Virus record (IMG/VR): IMGVR_UViG_3300044742_000102
DNA length: 64,000 nucleotides
Direction: 5' to 3' (one strand)
Source: a virus
The position numbers and the translations under genes were made by a program. The notes below the pieces were generated by a model that made no database searches, had not been told where the DNA came from, and was given only the letters and a program-made list of their open reading frames with translations. Below, piece by piece: positions 1-10,258 of the stretch. Each line of letters starts with the position of its first letter. The first letter of the stretch is position 1.

Positions 1-1707
1 CTCAACACACTCATACATCCCGCAGGTAACCTGCCGGATAAGGCAGAACTCCTGATGGAATATGCGGACACACTCTATGCGTTTGTAGGTACGGAAGTCT
101 ACAAGTGGACCGAATCCACACAATCATGGGGTACGAACCTGCATACTATCTCAGCATCAGCAAATGCTGGTGCTATATTCAATGGTTCCATGTTTATTAT
201 TACGGACCTCGGACTGCACAGCTACAATGCAATCACGAATACATGGACCGACTTCATGAGTCCTGATACGTATGTTCCAACCGGTGATTCCCTCATCGAG
301 TGGGATGGTAAGCTCTTTCGCATCGGACAGGATGATTCTGATAGTTCTTTAACAAGAATCTATTGGACAATTGATCCTGATGTTGATAACAACGGAGCAA
401 GCGAGTCAACTGATTGGGACGAAGGTGGACTACTCCATCTCCCACGCGGGTATTGTCAACAGCTTCTTATTTATTTTGATCTAACTGGTGAGCCAGTTAT
501 TCACGCAATCACACGATCCGGTGTTTACGGATATGATTTCGATAGTGAAAAATTCTACATCACCCCGGTCACCCACCCAACCATGTCTGTAGCTGGTAAG
601 GGTGCGATGGTATGGAGAGGGGAACTCTACGTACCAGAAGGTACCGAAGCTATTAAATATAATGGATCAACACTTCAATCAGTTGGTCCAGCAAAGGATG
701 AAGGTCTACCAAGCCACCTTCAAGGAAACATACTCCAAATGGTGCCGGGTCACGGTTTCTACTACGCTGTCATTGCTACAACAACAGGAAGCACCATAGA
801 CACACTGTCTATGCCATTCTTTGAGGATGCAACACCAACGACACTGGACACGGTAGTGTTGGAAGAGTTCCCCACGATTGGTGTGTTCCCACTTGGTAGT
901 AGCAGTAGTGTTGGAGCTATCGTACAGTCACCGGGGCTGTCGTGGCACCCACTCTTCGAACAGTCTATCGGTGGCACAATGGGCTACTGTCTGGTGACCT
1001 CACTAGATAATACCTTCCGCTTGTGGATTACACATTCGGATGGTGCATCCTATATTGATATCGATACGGGACTCCACAACCCACTACAGAATCCAACAAC
1101 AGAGTTTCGTGAGGATGGATATCTAGAGACACCGTGGGTAGACCTTGGTTGGGCTGAACTAGACAAGCTAGCTCTATCACTTGATGTAGATGCAGAAGGC
1201 ATTGATGCGGTACTTGGTACCAGTATACAGGTTGAAATTGCATACGATGGTGATGAATCATGGGAAACCGTTGCACTGGTTACACAAAATGGACTCACAC
1301 AGTACGCGATTGGACAGGAACCCGGTCGTGTATTTCGTAGGGTAAAATTCCGTATTCAAATGGTTCGGGGTAGCATATCTACAACCGCAACACCGGTACT
1401 TCGGCACATGATCTTCGGATTTATGCGAAGACCACAACTTCTTTGGGGTTGGGATATCAACATCCAGCTATCGAAGAGGCTACACTATGGTAAGACCTCC
1501 GAACAACTACTTGAACGACTGTATGAAATTGCAGAGGTAGAGAAGATCGCTGGTACCTTCACCTACAGGGACAGAAGAACCGGACTCATGCGTTCTCGTA
1601 GGGTGGTACTCTCGAACATTCAGGGTGCAGAACTTACTGGCTCAGAAGCCAGCGCACGCTATACTGTTTCATTAATTCAGCTAGATGAGCTTACCAATGA
1701 GCAGTAG
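1..1707 (+). CDS. virion structural protein, 5' end cut by the window edge (function unknown)
   Basis: Frame 1 is open from nt 1 (LNTLIHPAG...) into tracked ORF 55..1707. It lies in the + strand tail/fibre module. Confidence 0.6.
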   Translation, partial: LNTLIHPAGNLPDKAELLMEYADTLYAFVGTEVYKWTESTQSWGTNLHTISASANAGAIFNGSMFIITDLGLHSYNAITNTWTDFMSPDTYVPTGDSLIEWDGKLFRIGQDDSDSSLTRIYWTIDPDVDNNGASESTDWDEGGLLHLPRGYCQQLLIYFDLTGEPVIHAITRSGVYGYDFDSEKFYITPVTHPTMSVAGKGAMVWRGELYVPEGTEAIKYNGSTLQSVGPAKDEGLPSHLQGNILQMVPGHGFYYAVIATTTGSTIDTLSMPFFEDATPTTLDTVVLEEFPTIGVFPLGSSSSVGAIVQSPGLSWHPLFEQSIGGTMGYCLVTSLDNTFRLWITHSDGASYIDIDTGLHNPLQNPTTEFREDGYLETPWVDLGWAELDKLALSLDVDAEGIDAVLGTSIQVEIAYDGDESWETVALVTQNGLTQYAIGQEPGRVFRRVKFRIQMVRGSISTTATPVLRHMIFGFMRRPQLLWGWDINIQLSKRLHYGKTSEQLLERLYEIAEVEKIAGTFTYRDRRTGLMRSRRVVLSNIQGAELTGSEASARYTVSLIQLDELTNEQ

Positions 1708-2242
1708 TAGACAATCAACACGCACAAAACTACCAGAGGTAAAGCTACCACGTATTCCTTCTGGATCACGCGCACCATCGGGTTGGGGACAAGTTAACAT
1801 TGGTACACGCACACGCGGTCATCCTATGGCTGGTGGACTCAAACGACCTGAACCCGCTGGTGATCCACCCGATTGGTGGACCGGCACACGACCAGAGTGG
1901 GCTGTATATTGGGGACTACAAAAGAACGGACTACAGGATGGACTTGACTTCACATATCAGGCACGCTTGCCGGGTGTTGGTGCTGGCTACTACTCTCAGG
2001 TTGACTTCCTGGTGGACACTTACTCCATCGGTATTGAGGTTCAGGGAAAGTTTTGGCACTATGGTCAGGGCCAGCAGAAGATAGCGACCGACCTCTTTCG
2101 AGAGCAACTGTTCGCAGGACAGGGTATTAAGATTGTCTTTATTGATGAACAGGATGCACTCGAAGACCCTACCTACTTTGTCAGAGAAGCACTCGAAGGT
2201 GAGGATCACAGCCATGTCAAGAACACTGGAAAGGCTCAGTAA
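1685..2242 (+). CDS. DUF559/Vsr-like (PD-(D/E)XK fold) endonuclease-like protein
   Basis: C-terminal VDFLVDTYSIGIEVQGKFWH...IKIVFIDEQD resembles the DUF559/Vsr nuclease core. Overlaps the upstream gene by 23 nt. Confidence 0.45.
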   Translation: MSLPMSSSRQSTRTKLPEVKLPRIPSGSRAPSGWGQVNIGTRTRGHPMAGGLKRPEPAGDPPDWWTGTRPEWAVYWGLQKNGLQDGLDFTYQARLPGVGAGYYSQVDFLVDTYSIGIEVQGKFWHYGQGQQKIATDLFREQLFAGQGIKIVFIDEQDALEDPTYFVREALEGEDHSHVKNTGKAQ

Positions 2243-3910
2243 ATGCCACTAATTACACTGCGCGGCTATTTGTTTGACCAGCTTGGCAATGGTGTTGGAG
2301 ACATTGAAGTCAACGCATACGCGAAGAACTCTGATGGCACATGGGTAGGTACCCCTGCTGCCTCAGTCACAAGCTCATCGACCACTGGTAAGTGGGAAAT
2401 TATTAACCTCGACACGGCTGATGCACCACAAACTGGTGTCTTTGGTCTGCGTATAACGAACCCAGCAACCGGACAGGTACGCAAGATCGAGGGTGATACA
2501 CGCATGATGTTTGGTCAGGTCATTGGTGCTGGTGGTAGTGCTCCACTTGCGAACCTGTCAATCCAGCAGGTACACCTCGCTGATGGTATTGTCAGCGATG
2601 CCAAGATGGGTACTCGCACAATTGATGACACCAACGCACTTGCATCTGAGACTGGTACACCAACACAACTATGGAGCAGGCTTGCCAACATGGTGAAGCA
2701 AATCACAGGCAAGAGCACGTGGAGAACCGCTCCTGTCATCTCGTTGGAGACAGCGAACACAACACTCACATCACACACCGCTTCTCTTGCTACAGCAGCC
2801 GCACATATAGCGAACACATCCAACCCACACAGCACCACACATGCTCAGGTTGGTAGTCCAACCGTTACTGATACAACCGCACCAGCAGTAGACACCAACA
2901 CAATACAGATTCTCTTTAGTAACCTAGCCAATAGAATCAAGGCACTCAGCGGTGAAGCAGGCTGGAAGGATGCACCGGACACGACACTTGCAGCAGCAGC
3001 ATTACACGCTGTGAATACATCGAATCCTCATACAACTACTGCTGCACAGGTCGGTGCAGTAGCCAATGCAGGTACCGTAGTGAAAGCGCAGTCGGGCCTA
3101 CTGGCTGCTCGACCAGCGGCAGCAACAGCAGGTAATGGTGCGCTCTACTTTGCTACCGATGACCTCACGATATCATTCTCGAACGGTAGCGTGTGGACTA
3201 TCCTTGGCACCGCAGACTATAATGACCTGAGTAATGTTCCATCAGCACCCGGTGCTCCGAACATGTTCGCTACGGTACTCGCTGGTGGTAACTCTCTCGT
3301 ACCCGAATCACCAACCGATGTTCTTAACTTTAGTGCTGGTCCTGGTATCAGTATTGTTGGTTCTGTTGCATCAGATACCGTATCTATTTCTGCATCCGGT
3401 TATCCATTTGGCTTTGCTTCTGTTGCTGTCTCAGGACAGTCAACTATCTCTGCTGATGCAGAAACCGACACACTTAACATCGCTGCTGGTGCAGGCATCT
3501 CGCTCACCACAGTGGCAGGTACTGACACACTTACGATTGCTGCATCGGGTGGTACCATTGATGCTGACACTGTACAAGGTAATGATGGTGATCTATATCC
3601 ATTCATGAGTGCAGTACAGGCTCTTGGTGCTGAACCCGCACTCGCAACGGGACCGTGGAAGATTCAAGCGGGTAATGTATCCGCTGACTTTGTTTCGGGC
3701 GACTATAATCTAGCCTTGTCGGGCACAGTAAATGGATACGTAACAATACAACTCATGATTCAGCACCCAACCACAGGAATTGTGGGCATTGATAACTCTC
3801 CTGCTCCAACTACAGGAGCATCACCTACTATCAATTGCACACTCCACGATGCTGCCGGTACCGCAGAAACACGTACAGTAGTATTGTACTACTTTGTCAT
3901 ACACTGGTAA
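2243..3910 (+). CDS. tail fibre protein
   Basis: 555 aa, rich in Ala/Thr/Ser/Gly. Has two copies of the NTSNPH(S/T)TTxAQVG motif typical of phage fibre repeats. ATG follows the upstream TAA directly. Confidence 0.7.
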   Translation: MPLITLRGYLFDQLGNGVGDIEVNAYAKNSDGTWVGTPAASVTSSSTTGKWEIINLDTADAPQTGVFGLRITNPATGQVRKIEGDTRMMFGQVIGAGGSAPLANLSIQQVHLADGIVSDAKMGTRTIDDTNALASETGTPTQLWSRLANMVKQITGKSTWRTAPVISLETANTTLTSHTASLATAAAHIANTSNPHSTTHAQVGSPTVTDTTAPAVDTNTIQILFSNLANRIKALSGEAGWKDAPDTTLAAAALHAVNTSNPHTTTAAQVGAVANAGTVVKAQSGLLAARPAAATAGNGALYFATDDLTISFSNGSVWTILGTADYNDLSNVPSAPGAPNMFATVLAGGNSLVPESPTDVLNFSAGPGISIVGSVASDTVSISASGYPFGFASVAVSGQSTISADAETDTLNIAAGAGISLTTVAGTDTLTIAASGGTIDADTVQGNDGDLYPFMSAVQALGAEPALATGPWKIQAGNVSADFVSGDYNLALSGTVNGYVTIQLMIQHPTTGIVGIDNSPAPTTGASPTINCTLHDAAGTAETRTVVLYYFVIHW

Positions 3911-3914
3911 TCCT

Positions 3915-4205
3915 ATGGAACAATTTATTGGTCCGGGTAGCATTGGTATGGTGGGTGGACTACTCATCATCATTGCGACCGGATCACGCGGCATGTGGCA
4001 GTTTAGATTTCAGGTAGATAAGGAGCTATCCGCTAAGGATATGCTCATTACAAATTTAGAAAGGCAACTAACAGACCAACGTGCTGGTAGCCTCGAACGA
4101 CTCAGTGAAATGCGAAATGATCGGGAAGAGTGGAAGGAAATTGCGTATAGCCTCTCCGACCTAGGTAAGAGAGCAGCTACCATCGCAGAGAAGAGCGTGA
4201 AGTAA
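3915..4205 (+). CDS. membrane-anchored coiled-coil protein (spanin/holin-like candidate)
   Basis: ATG at 3915, just after the upstream stop. N-terminal TM segment GSIGMVGGLLIIIATG, followed by a charged coiled-coil-like region. Confidence 0.5.
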   Translation: MEQFIGPGSIGMVGGLLIIIATGSRGMWQFRFQVDKELSAKDMLITNLERQLTDQRAGSLERLSEMRNDREEWKEIAYSLSDLGKRAATIAEKSVK

Positions 4206-4393
4206 TGCAGTACATACGAAAGATTCTGCGTATAGATGCTGATGCACCGGAAGAGGAACCATCTACTACTGTTATTACTAACGTAACTGTACAACCAGCT
4301 AGTGAAATAACAATAATGAAAAAAGATATTAAAGAGCTTGATGCGAGGGTACGCTACGTTGAACAAAAGATGCACATATCGGGGGGAACATGA
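4205..4393 (+). CDS. hypothetical protein
   Basis: 62-aa ORF. TAATG overlap with the upstream gene and ATGA overlap with the downstream gene. Confidence 0.45.
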   Translation: MQYIRKILRIDADAPEEEPSTTVITNVTVQPASEITIMKKDIKELDARVRYVEQKMHISGGT

Positions 4394-4764
4394 TTAATAA
4401 TCTTAGTTATCTGGAAATATTTTGGATAACAGTTCTATTTATCGGTATCGGTGCATCACTATGGATGACAGCACAAGCGTATCTTGATCTACGAGCACGA
4501 AGAATATCAGGTAAGAATGGTTTACTACTCATGAGAGTACGTAATGATATGCGTGTTGAGCTAATTAGGCTGTCTGTTTTGATCTGTCTAGTATGGTACG
4601 CATATCGAGCAACGCTTTCACCCGTTACTGATATCCACTGGAACATAAATACAGCTATCTTTGTTGCCATTTTTATATGGATACCTTTAGCTCTTGGATA
4701 CGATGCTATCCGTTCCGCACAAACACGCGAGAAGATTACGAGAGCGTTTGAAGAGTCTACTTAG
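4390..4764 (+). CDS. integral membrane protein, 3-4 TM segments (holin-like candidate)
   Basis: Hydrophobic stretches FWITVLFIGIGASLWM, LIRLSVLICLVWYAY and AIFVAIFIWIPLALGY. Confidence 0.55.
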   Translation: MINNLSYLEIFWITVLFIGIGASLWMTAQAYLDLRARRISGKNGLLLMRVRNDMRVELIRLSVLICLVWYAYRATLSPVTDIHWNINTAIFVAIFIWIPLALGYDAIRSAQTREKITRAFEEST

Positions 4765-4776
4765 GGGGTCCGTACT

Positions 4777-5136
4777 ATGCCTATACTTCGTACTGACCAA
4801 GCACATAAGAAGGGGGATACATATGAACTTCGGGGAACTTCTAGAAGAGAAGGAATCTTACGTAGATTCGCTGAGAAAGAAGACCTACTGGAGTTTAGTA
4901 TCTCTACCGACTTTAATATTCCGGGTATTATTACCAAGACTACTGCTGCCGGTATCGAGGTCGATGACAGCGGTAACTGGATCGTTACTATTCCGAAGGA
5001 TGAAATCGAACGAGATGATTTACCAGAAGATGAATACGTATACGCGCTCCGTGTGACCGAAGGTGATACCGGCAATCGCTATACCCTCGTACGTGGGGTG
5101 TTAAACCTCGAAGATGTGCCGTTCAGCACGAACTAA
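4777..5136 (+). CDS. hypothetical virion-module protein
   Basis: 119-aa ORF on the + strand with protein-like composition. Confidence 0.5.
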   Translation: MPILRTDQAHKKGDTYELRGTSRREGILRRFAEKEDLLEFSISTDFNIPGIITKTTAAGIEVDDSGNWIVTIPKDEIERDDLPEDEYVYALRVTEGDTGNRYTLVRGVLNLEDVPFSTN

Positions 5137-5149
5137 TGAAGGAGAACTA

Positions 5150-5770
5150 ATGTTTTCTGTATTCAATCAGCCGCTACCAGAGCGGATCATTCGATTCCTG
5201 CCGGGGAGAACGGCACCAACCCCACATCGTAGACTGCACATCTTTAAGGCTCAGTCATATGGTATGGATGCGTATGGTAATATCACATGGGTAGACCCGT
5301 GGAAGGATAACATCCTACACGATGGTGGGGAGCAATACATTCTCTCCGCTGTATTTGCAACAAACTATGCCAACTATGGTGCTGCGCTTGCTGCACTCTT
5401 CCTCGGTCTTGATAACCGCACCACACCAGCAGAAGCAGATACCCTTGCTACTGTCGTAGCCAACGGTGAGCCTACTACTGGTGGTTATGCACGCAAGTCA
5501 ATTGCAACCAACGGTACTGGTGCGGGTGGTCAACCATTCGTACTTGCACAGCCAGCCGCATACTACATTGCAACCTCAGCAACCCAGACATGGACCGCAT
5601 CAGGTGCAGCCTATGGTACCGTAAAGAACAGGTTCCTCTGCTCCGACCTGACTGCTGTTGTTGATGCTGCTGGTGACCACCTAATCGCATCACTTGCACT
5701 CAGTACAGCACGTACGATTAACGATGGTGACTCCCTCGCAACGAACCTAGCTATTGGAATGAGCGAGTAA
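5150..5770 (+). CDS. hypothetical virion-module protein
   Basis: GGAG RBS 6 nt before the ATG at 5150. The tracked ORF 5114 start lies inside the upstream gene. Confidence 0.6.
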   Translation: MFSVFNQPLPERIIRFLPGRTAPTPHRRLHIFKAQSYGMDAYGNITWVDPWKDNILHDGGEQYILSAVFATNYANYGAALAALFLGLDNRTTPAEADTLATVVANGEPTTGGYARKSIATNGTGAGGQPFVLAQPAAYYIATSATQTWTASGAAYGTVKNRFLCSDLTAVVDAAGDHLIASLALSTARTINDGDSLATNLAIGMSE

Positions 5771-6156
5771 TGGCTGACATGACTGTAGCCTATGACCTAG
5801 GCAAGTACGCAATACGTGGCTCCTTTGCTATGGCAAACAGTCAGGCACAGGACACCGCTATTCCACTCGATGTACCACTTGAACTCCTACCATACACCAC
5901 TACAACCTTCCGTGCTACGGTATACAATCCGGGTGCGGTGGCTGTAACGGTGCGCTTCCTCGTGGCTGAACTTCTTGGTGGATCACTCCGCTACATTGAA
6001 GTAGATAATCTGACCGTAACCGCAGCCAACACTGGTTCAAAGGTTATCACCGGACTCACCCAAGGTGGTGATGCACGAGTAACCGTAGAGAATGACACCG
6101 CTGTTGGTGGTTCTGGTGCGTTCACAGCATCAGTAGTATTGAGAGCACTAGCGTGA
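5770..6156 (+). CDS. hypothetical virion-module protein
   Basis: 128 aa. TAATG coupling upstream and GTGA coupling downstream. Confidence 0.55.
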   Translation: MADMTVAYDLGKYAIRGSFAMANSQAQDTAIPLDVPLELLPYTTTTFRATVYNPGAVAVTVRFLVAELLGGSLRYIEVDNLTVTAANTGSKVITGLTQGGDARVTVENDTAVGGSGAFTASVVLRALA

Positions 6157-6956
6157 CCAGAACTGTACGCAGACCAGTTGGACTTGGTTGGGAACCCGAT
6201 ATCGATCCAAACGATAGAGAGTTCCCAATGGCAACGGTGCTGGCAATGGATGAGTCTCTTGTAGAGGCACCACTGCCAGCCCAACTCTACTATCAAACAG
6301 GACCAATTCTCAATCAGGGTGCCTACCCTATGTGTGTAGGCTATTCGTGGAGACAATGGCTAACGACAGGGCTGGTGGAAAACACCAACCTCAATCCCGA
6401 TGGCCGTACCATTTACTGTGAGGCACGCAAGCTAGACCCGTGGGCAGGAGACTGCACCACCGATCTACGTAGTGGTACCTCGACACGTGCTGGTGCCAAG
6501 TCTCTCCAAGCGCGAGGTCTCATCACCACCTATGTATGGGCATGGGATGCAGCAACCGTACGCACATGGATACTATCAGGCAAGGGGCCGGTCATCGTAG
6601 GTACCCGCTGGTACAACTCAATGTATCGTCCCGCTGGTGGCCGCATCATAGTCACACCAACCAGCGGCCTAGCTGGTGGACATGCCTACCTCATCAGTGG
6701 CTTCGATGATGTAACCAAACTCTTCCGAGTTACGAACAGTTGGGGTCCATATTGGGGAACCAAGGGCCACGCGAACATGCGTTACAACGATCTAAATCTG
6801 CTGCTGTCAGCCGCACAACAAGGTGAGTGTGTGACCGCAGTTGAAATAGACCGTGATGTATTTCAGCCTGCTAATTCAGTGGTAGCGACAGAAAATCTAT
6901 TAGACATTTTGGTAGATATTGGCACAGCGGAGGCCCATGAAACAATAAAGGAATAA
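6153..6956 (+). CDS. papain-like (C1 family) cysteine peptidase
   Basis: QGAYPMCVGYSW (Cys site), GGHAYLISGFD (His site) and VTNSWGPYWGTKGH (the NSWG..WG..G papain signature). Confidence 0.7.
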   Translation: MTRTVRRPVGLGWEPDIDPNDREFPMATVLAMDESLVEAPLPAQLYYQTGPILNQGAYPMCVGYSWRQWLTTGLVENTNLNPDGRTIYCEARKLDPWAGDCTTDLRSGTSTRAGAKSLQARGLITTYVWAWDAATVRTWILSGKGPVIVGTRWYNSMYRPAGGRIIVTPTSGLAGGHAYLISGFDDVTKLFRVTNSWGPYWGTKGHANMRYNDLNLLLSAAQQGECVTAVEIDRDVFQPANSVVATENLLDILVDIGTAEAHETIKE

Positions 6957-6959
6957 TAC

Positions 6960-9218
6960 GTGACAGTTATACAAATTGTAGCTACGGCTGACTGCTTTGT
7001 AAACTCAACAACAGGACAAGAGAACACAGTCAACAATGGTACCTCAATCGCTATGACCGGGGCAACCGCAACAACTACAAAGGATCGTGCATTTCTAAAG
7101 TTCCCGCTTGCTGGTAATGTACCTTCTGGTGCCACGATTAACTCTGCTCGACTTGGATTCGCTCCCAATGCAATCGTTACTGTTGTTACAGCCTTCGACT
7201 TTCACCCATTGATTGCGAACTTTGACTGGACTGAGGCTGGTGCAACATGGAACCATAAGAACACCACAGGCAGCGTTGCATGGGCTGGTGGTAGTAATGG
7301 TGGTTCCGTTGATGACACTGATATTGATGATGATGTTATTGTTTGTACAACATCGTGGACAAATACTCCCGTAGCCGATGCCGCTGACACGTTCAAAGAA
7401 CACACCATCGACACTGCATTTATTCAGGCTATATCAGATGGCACTGGATCATACCATGCCGCTGATCGAGTTGTACAGGTTCATGGCTGGAGACAAGGCA
7501 GCAGCAACTCCGCTGGTGTTACGTTCCGATCACGTTCATCTACTGGTGGTATCTATGCTCCGTATCTAGAGGTTGATTATACCTCAGATGATCCAGCAGT
7601 ATCAGGCACGGCAACGAGTCGTGCTACTGATGCGGTTGCGTTCCCACAGTGCACATATACAGGTGATACAGATGATAACGAAGTTGTCACGGTCAAACGT
7701 AAGGTTCAAGGAGCAGCCGATGGTACGTATGTTACGTTGGCTACATTCTATGATCGTACAGCTAAAATAGCCTACGCTGGACATGTGGTTGATTTCGGTG
7801 CCGGTAACGTTACCCATAAAGGTGACATCGCACTAACACCGGGCACAACGTACACATTTCAATTTACATGGTCTGGTGGTGGAACAGTTAAGACTGTCGA
7901 TCAGACTATGCTTGCACGGCTTGATCCACTTGCACATTCAGGTAGAGGAACTCGTAAGGTTCCGACTGCGTGGTGGTGGAAGGGCAGCAACACGATATCC
8001 GCTGCGAACATTCGGAAGAATGCGTGGATTGTCACTACCCTAGATGGTACGGAAGCAGCAGAGAATGCTGAAATACGAAACGGTGCAACCGACATACCAA
8101 TCTATCAATATATTGGCCCTGAGTTTCGCAGAAACTATGATGTAGGTACCCCGGTACCGGAAGACCTAGATGTTGATGGTGGTCGTAACACATGGCTCTA
8201 TAGAGATTATGTGTATGATGATTTCCTTCTCTCGTTTAGTGAAACATGGTTTACCCATAATGGTGGTAGCGCACGAACTGATCGTGTGTATAATGCAAGC
8301 TATGATACGTTCGTAATGAACTATTCGGTACCGGGATTCCGAAGCTGGGTATATAAGTGGTTCCTAGAACTTCTGTATTCAGAACATACTGACCAAACCA
8401 CAGCAGCGGATAGATTCAACGGAATTATTCAGGATAATCTGCAAGGCACATCTGTGTTTGATGTACAGTGGAGAACAATAGCAGCAGCATCTCGACCCCC
8501 GACAGAGACAGCTATTGATACGAAAGAGGAATACTCTGCTACACAACTGGCCTTCCTTGACTTCCTTGTAGCAACTGGTACCTATTTTGGTGTGAACAAT
8601 GTGAACGCAACGTCCACTAATCACACAGACTATGCACCACACTTTGATGCGCTATTCATTGAATCAACATTCACATCCTATGAGGGTGCTGGTAGCATGG
8701 ACTATATTAGTTCATCAGCGTGGAAAGCAGATGTAGATCACGTTATAGCACTTCGTTCTCTTGTACAAGATCATATTGTCTGTTCGATGCAGCTTGGTGA
8801 TACACCCCTACAAATTAATGTAGAGTATGCTGCGTGGTCACTAGCGATGGTGACCGATGCTCTTGGTGCCGGTGGCTCCGTTATCATTCGACCGACTGAT
8901 AATGCAGACTACGATGAGGATGAAATTGCCTCATCAGGTACGACCGTATTCGATGTAGATTGGGGAGCACCAACAGCAGGATATCAGCAAGATGTAACAG
9001 CAGCGGGTGGTAGTGGCACCGACCGCGTATACTATCGTGACTTTGCCAATGGTCGTGTCTGGTTCAATCCAATTGAACCAACTCCGGGTCCAAATCTCAC
9101 ACTTACTCCGACTGGTGGACCCACACTAGCACCGGGAACTGGTATCTTTATATCAAGTGGCTCTGACCAGCCTCGCGTACGAATCATGCACCACCTTAGA
9201 GAACAGGGGATATCCTAA
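6960..9218 (+). CDS. large tail-associated protein with DNRLRE-like N-terminal domain (possible polysaccharide-degrading enzyme)
   Basis: GTG start after an AAAGGA RBS. The N-terminal DRAFLKFPL...GATINSARL pattern resembles DNRLRE domains. 752 aa. Confidence 0.5.
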   Translation: MTVIQIVATADCFVNSTTGQENTVNNGTSIAMTGATATTTKDRAFLKFPLAGNVPSGATINSARLGFAPNAIVTVVTAFDFHPLIANFDWTEAGATWNHKNTTGSVAWAGGSNGGSVDDTDIDDDVIVCTTSWTNTPVADAADTFKEHTIDTAFIQAISDGTGSYHAADRVVQVHGWRQGSSNSAGVTFRSRSSTGGIYAPYLEVDYTSDDPAVSGTATSRATDAVAFPQCTYTGDTDDNEVVTVKRKVQGAADGTYVTLATFYDRTAKIAYAGHVVDFGAGNVTHKGDIALTPGTTYTFQFTWSGGGTVKTVDQTMLARLDPLAHSGRGTRKVPTAWWWKGSNTISAANIRKNAWIVTTLDGTEAAENAEIRNGATDIPIYQYIGPEFRRNYDVGTPVPEDLDVDGGRNTWLYRDYVYDDFLLSFSETWFTHNGGSARTDRVYNASYDTFVMNYSVPGFRSWVYKWFLELLYSEHTDQTTAADRFNGIIQDNLQGTSVFDVQWRTIAAASRPPTETAIDTKEEYSATQLAFLDFLVATGTYFGVNNVNATSTNHTDYAPHFDALFIESTFTSYEGAGSMDYISSSAWKADVDHVIALRSLVQDHIVCSMQLGDTPLQINVEYAAWSLAMVTDALGAGGSVIIRPTDNADYDEDEIASSGTTVFDVDWGAPTAGYQQDVTAAGGSGTDRVYYRDFANGRVWFNPIEPTPGPNLTLTPTGGPTLAPGTGIFISSGSDQPRVRIMHHLREQGIS

Positions 9219-10207
9219 TGCCAATATACCTACGACAATCAACGGCATCACAAGAGATTCCGTTAGGGTATTTCCTCGACTCGACTGATGGAAATACCGA
9301 AGAGACAGGACTAACGATAGCCAACACAGATATCAAGGTATGGAAGACTGGTGCTACCACGCTTGCAAGCAAGAACTCTGGTGGTGCCACCCATATCAGC
9401 AACGGTGTCTATTATACTGTACTCGATGCAACCGATACCAACACGATTGGTCCACTGGTTGTATTCATTCATGTAGCTGGTGCCCTCGCGATCAAGGTAG
9501 AGTGTGTTGTTCTCGATGAGGCTGTGTACGATGTACTATTTGGTACAGTAGCGTTGACAACCATTACAGGAGCAGTTGGTAGTGTTACCGGTGCCGTTGG
9601 TTCCGTAACAACTGTCTCGGATAAGACAGGCTACTCTCTGTCTGCTACTGGTTTGGATGCTATCGCTGCAACAGCCACAGGTATGGTTGAAATCGCTAAA
9701 GCCATCTGGAACAGAGCACGATCAAGTCACGTTACAGCAGGCACATTCGGAGAAGGAGCAGCCTCAGTACAAGGTAATGTTACTGGTTCGGTTGCTTCCG
9801 TAACTGGTGCTGTTGGTAGCGTAACCGGCAATGTTGGAGGTAATGTCACTGGAAGTGCTGGTTCGGTTACTGGTGCAGTAGGCTCAGTTATAGGTAACGT
9901 TGGTGGTAACGTAACAGGCACAGTAGGATCAGTAGTTACGAAGACTGGTTATGAGCTTTCATCAACCGGTGTGAACGCTGTTGCTGATGGTGTACTGGAT
10001 AGACCAATCGCAGAACCAACCGCTGTATTCTCGTGGGCTTCGGCAACTCTACGTGGTATCATGCAACACATTGGTGCGCTGAGTAGGAACAAAATCACCC
10101 AGAGTACCACACTCCAGACCCTACGTAATGATGCAGATAGTGGCAACATTGCTACAGCAGGCACCACTGATACCGCTGGTGTAACCACGCGGGATGAGTG
10201 GGCCTAA
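9218..10207 (+). CDS. fibre/virion protein with G(A/N)VGSVTG repeats
   Basis: The N-terminal IYLRQSTASQEIPLGYFLDSTDG motif is seen in phage fibre-like proteins. Central repeats read TGAVGSVTGNVGGNVTG. Confidence 0.6.
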   Translation: MPIYLRQSTASQEIPLGYFLDSTDGNTEETGLTIANTDIKVWKTGATTLASKNSGGATHISNGVYYTVLDATDTNTIGPLVVFIHVAGALAIKVECVVLDEAVYDVLFGTVALTTITGAVGSVTGAVGSVTTVSDKTGYSLSATGLDAIAATATGMVEIAKAIWNRARSSHVTAGTFGEGAASVQGNVTGSVASVTGAVGSVTGNVGGNVTGSAGSVTGAVGSVIGNVGGNVTGTVGSVVTKTGYELSSTGVNAVADGVLDRPIAEPTAVFSWASATLRGIMQHIGALSRNKITQSTTLQTLRNDADSGNIATAGTTDTAGVTTRDEWA

Positions 10208-10217
10208 GACACACAGG

Positions 10218-10250
10218 TAGGCAGCACAGAAATGTGCTGCCTATTTTCTT
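10218..10250 (+). terminator. intrinsic terminator
   Basis: 11-bp stem TAGGCAGCACA-gaaa-TGTGCTGCCTA followed by TTTTCTT, 10 nt after the stop at 10207. Confidence 0.8.
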
Positions 10251-10258
10251 ACCAAAAA

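Noticed and set aside
9540-9930. Periodic DNA repeats (GGTGC.GTTGG.AG.GT.AC.GG) that could be mistaken for a CRISPR-like array
   Set aside because: They encode the in-frame GAVGSVTGNVGG peptide repeats of gene 9218..10207. There are no constant-length direct repeats with unique spacers, and no cas genes are present. The Cas4-like protein is a stand-alone phage nuclease.
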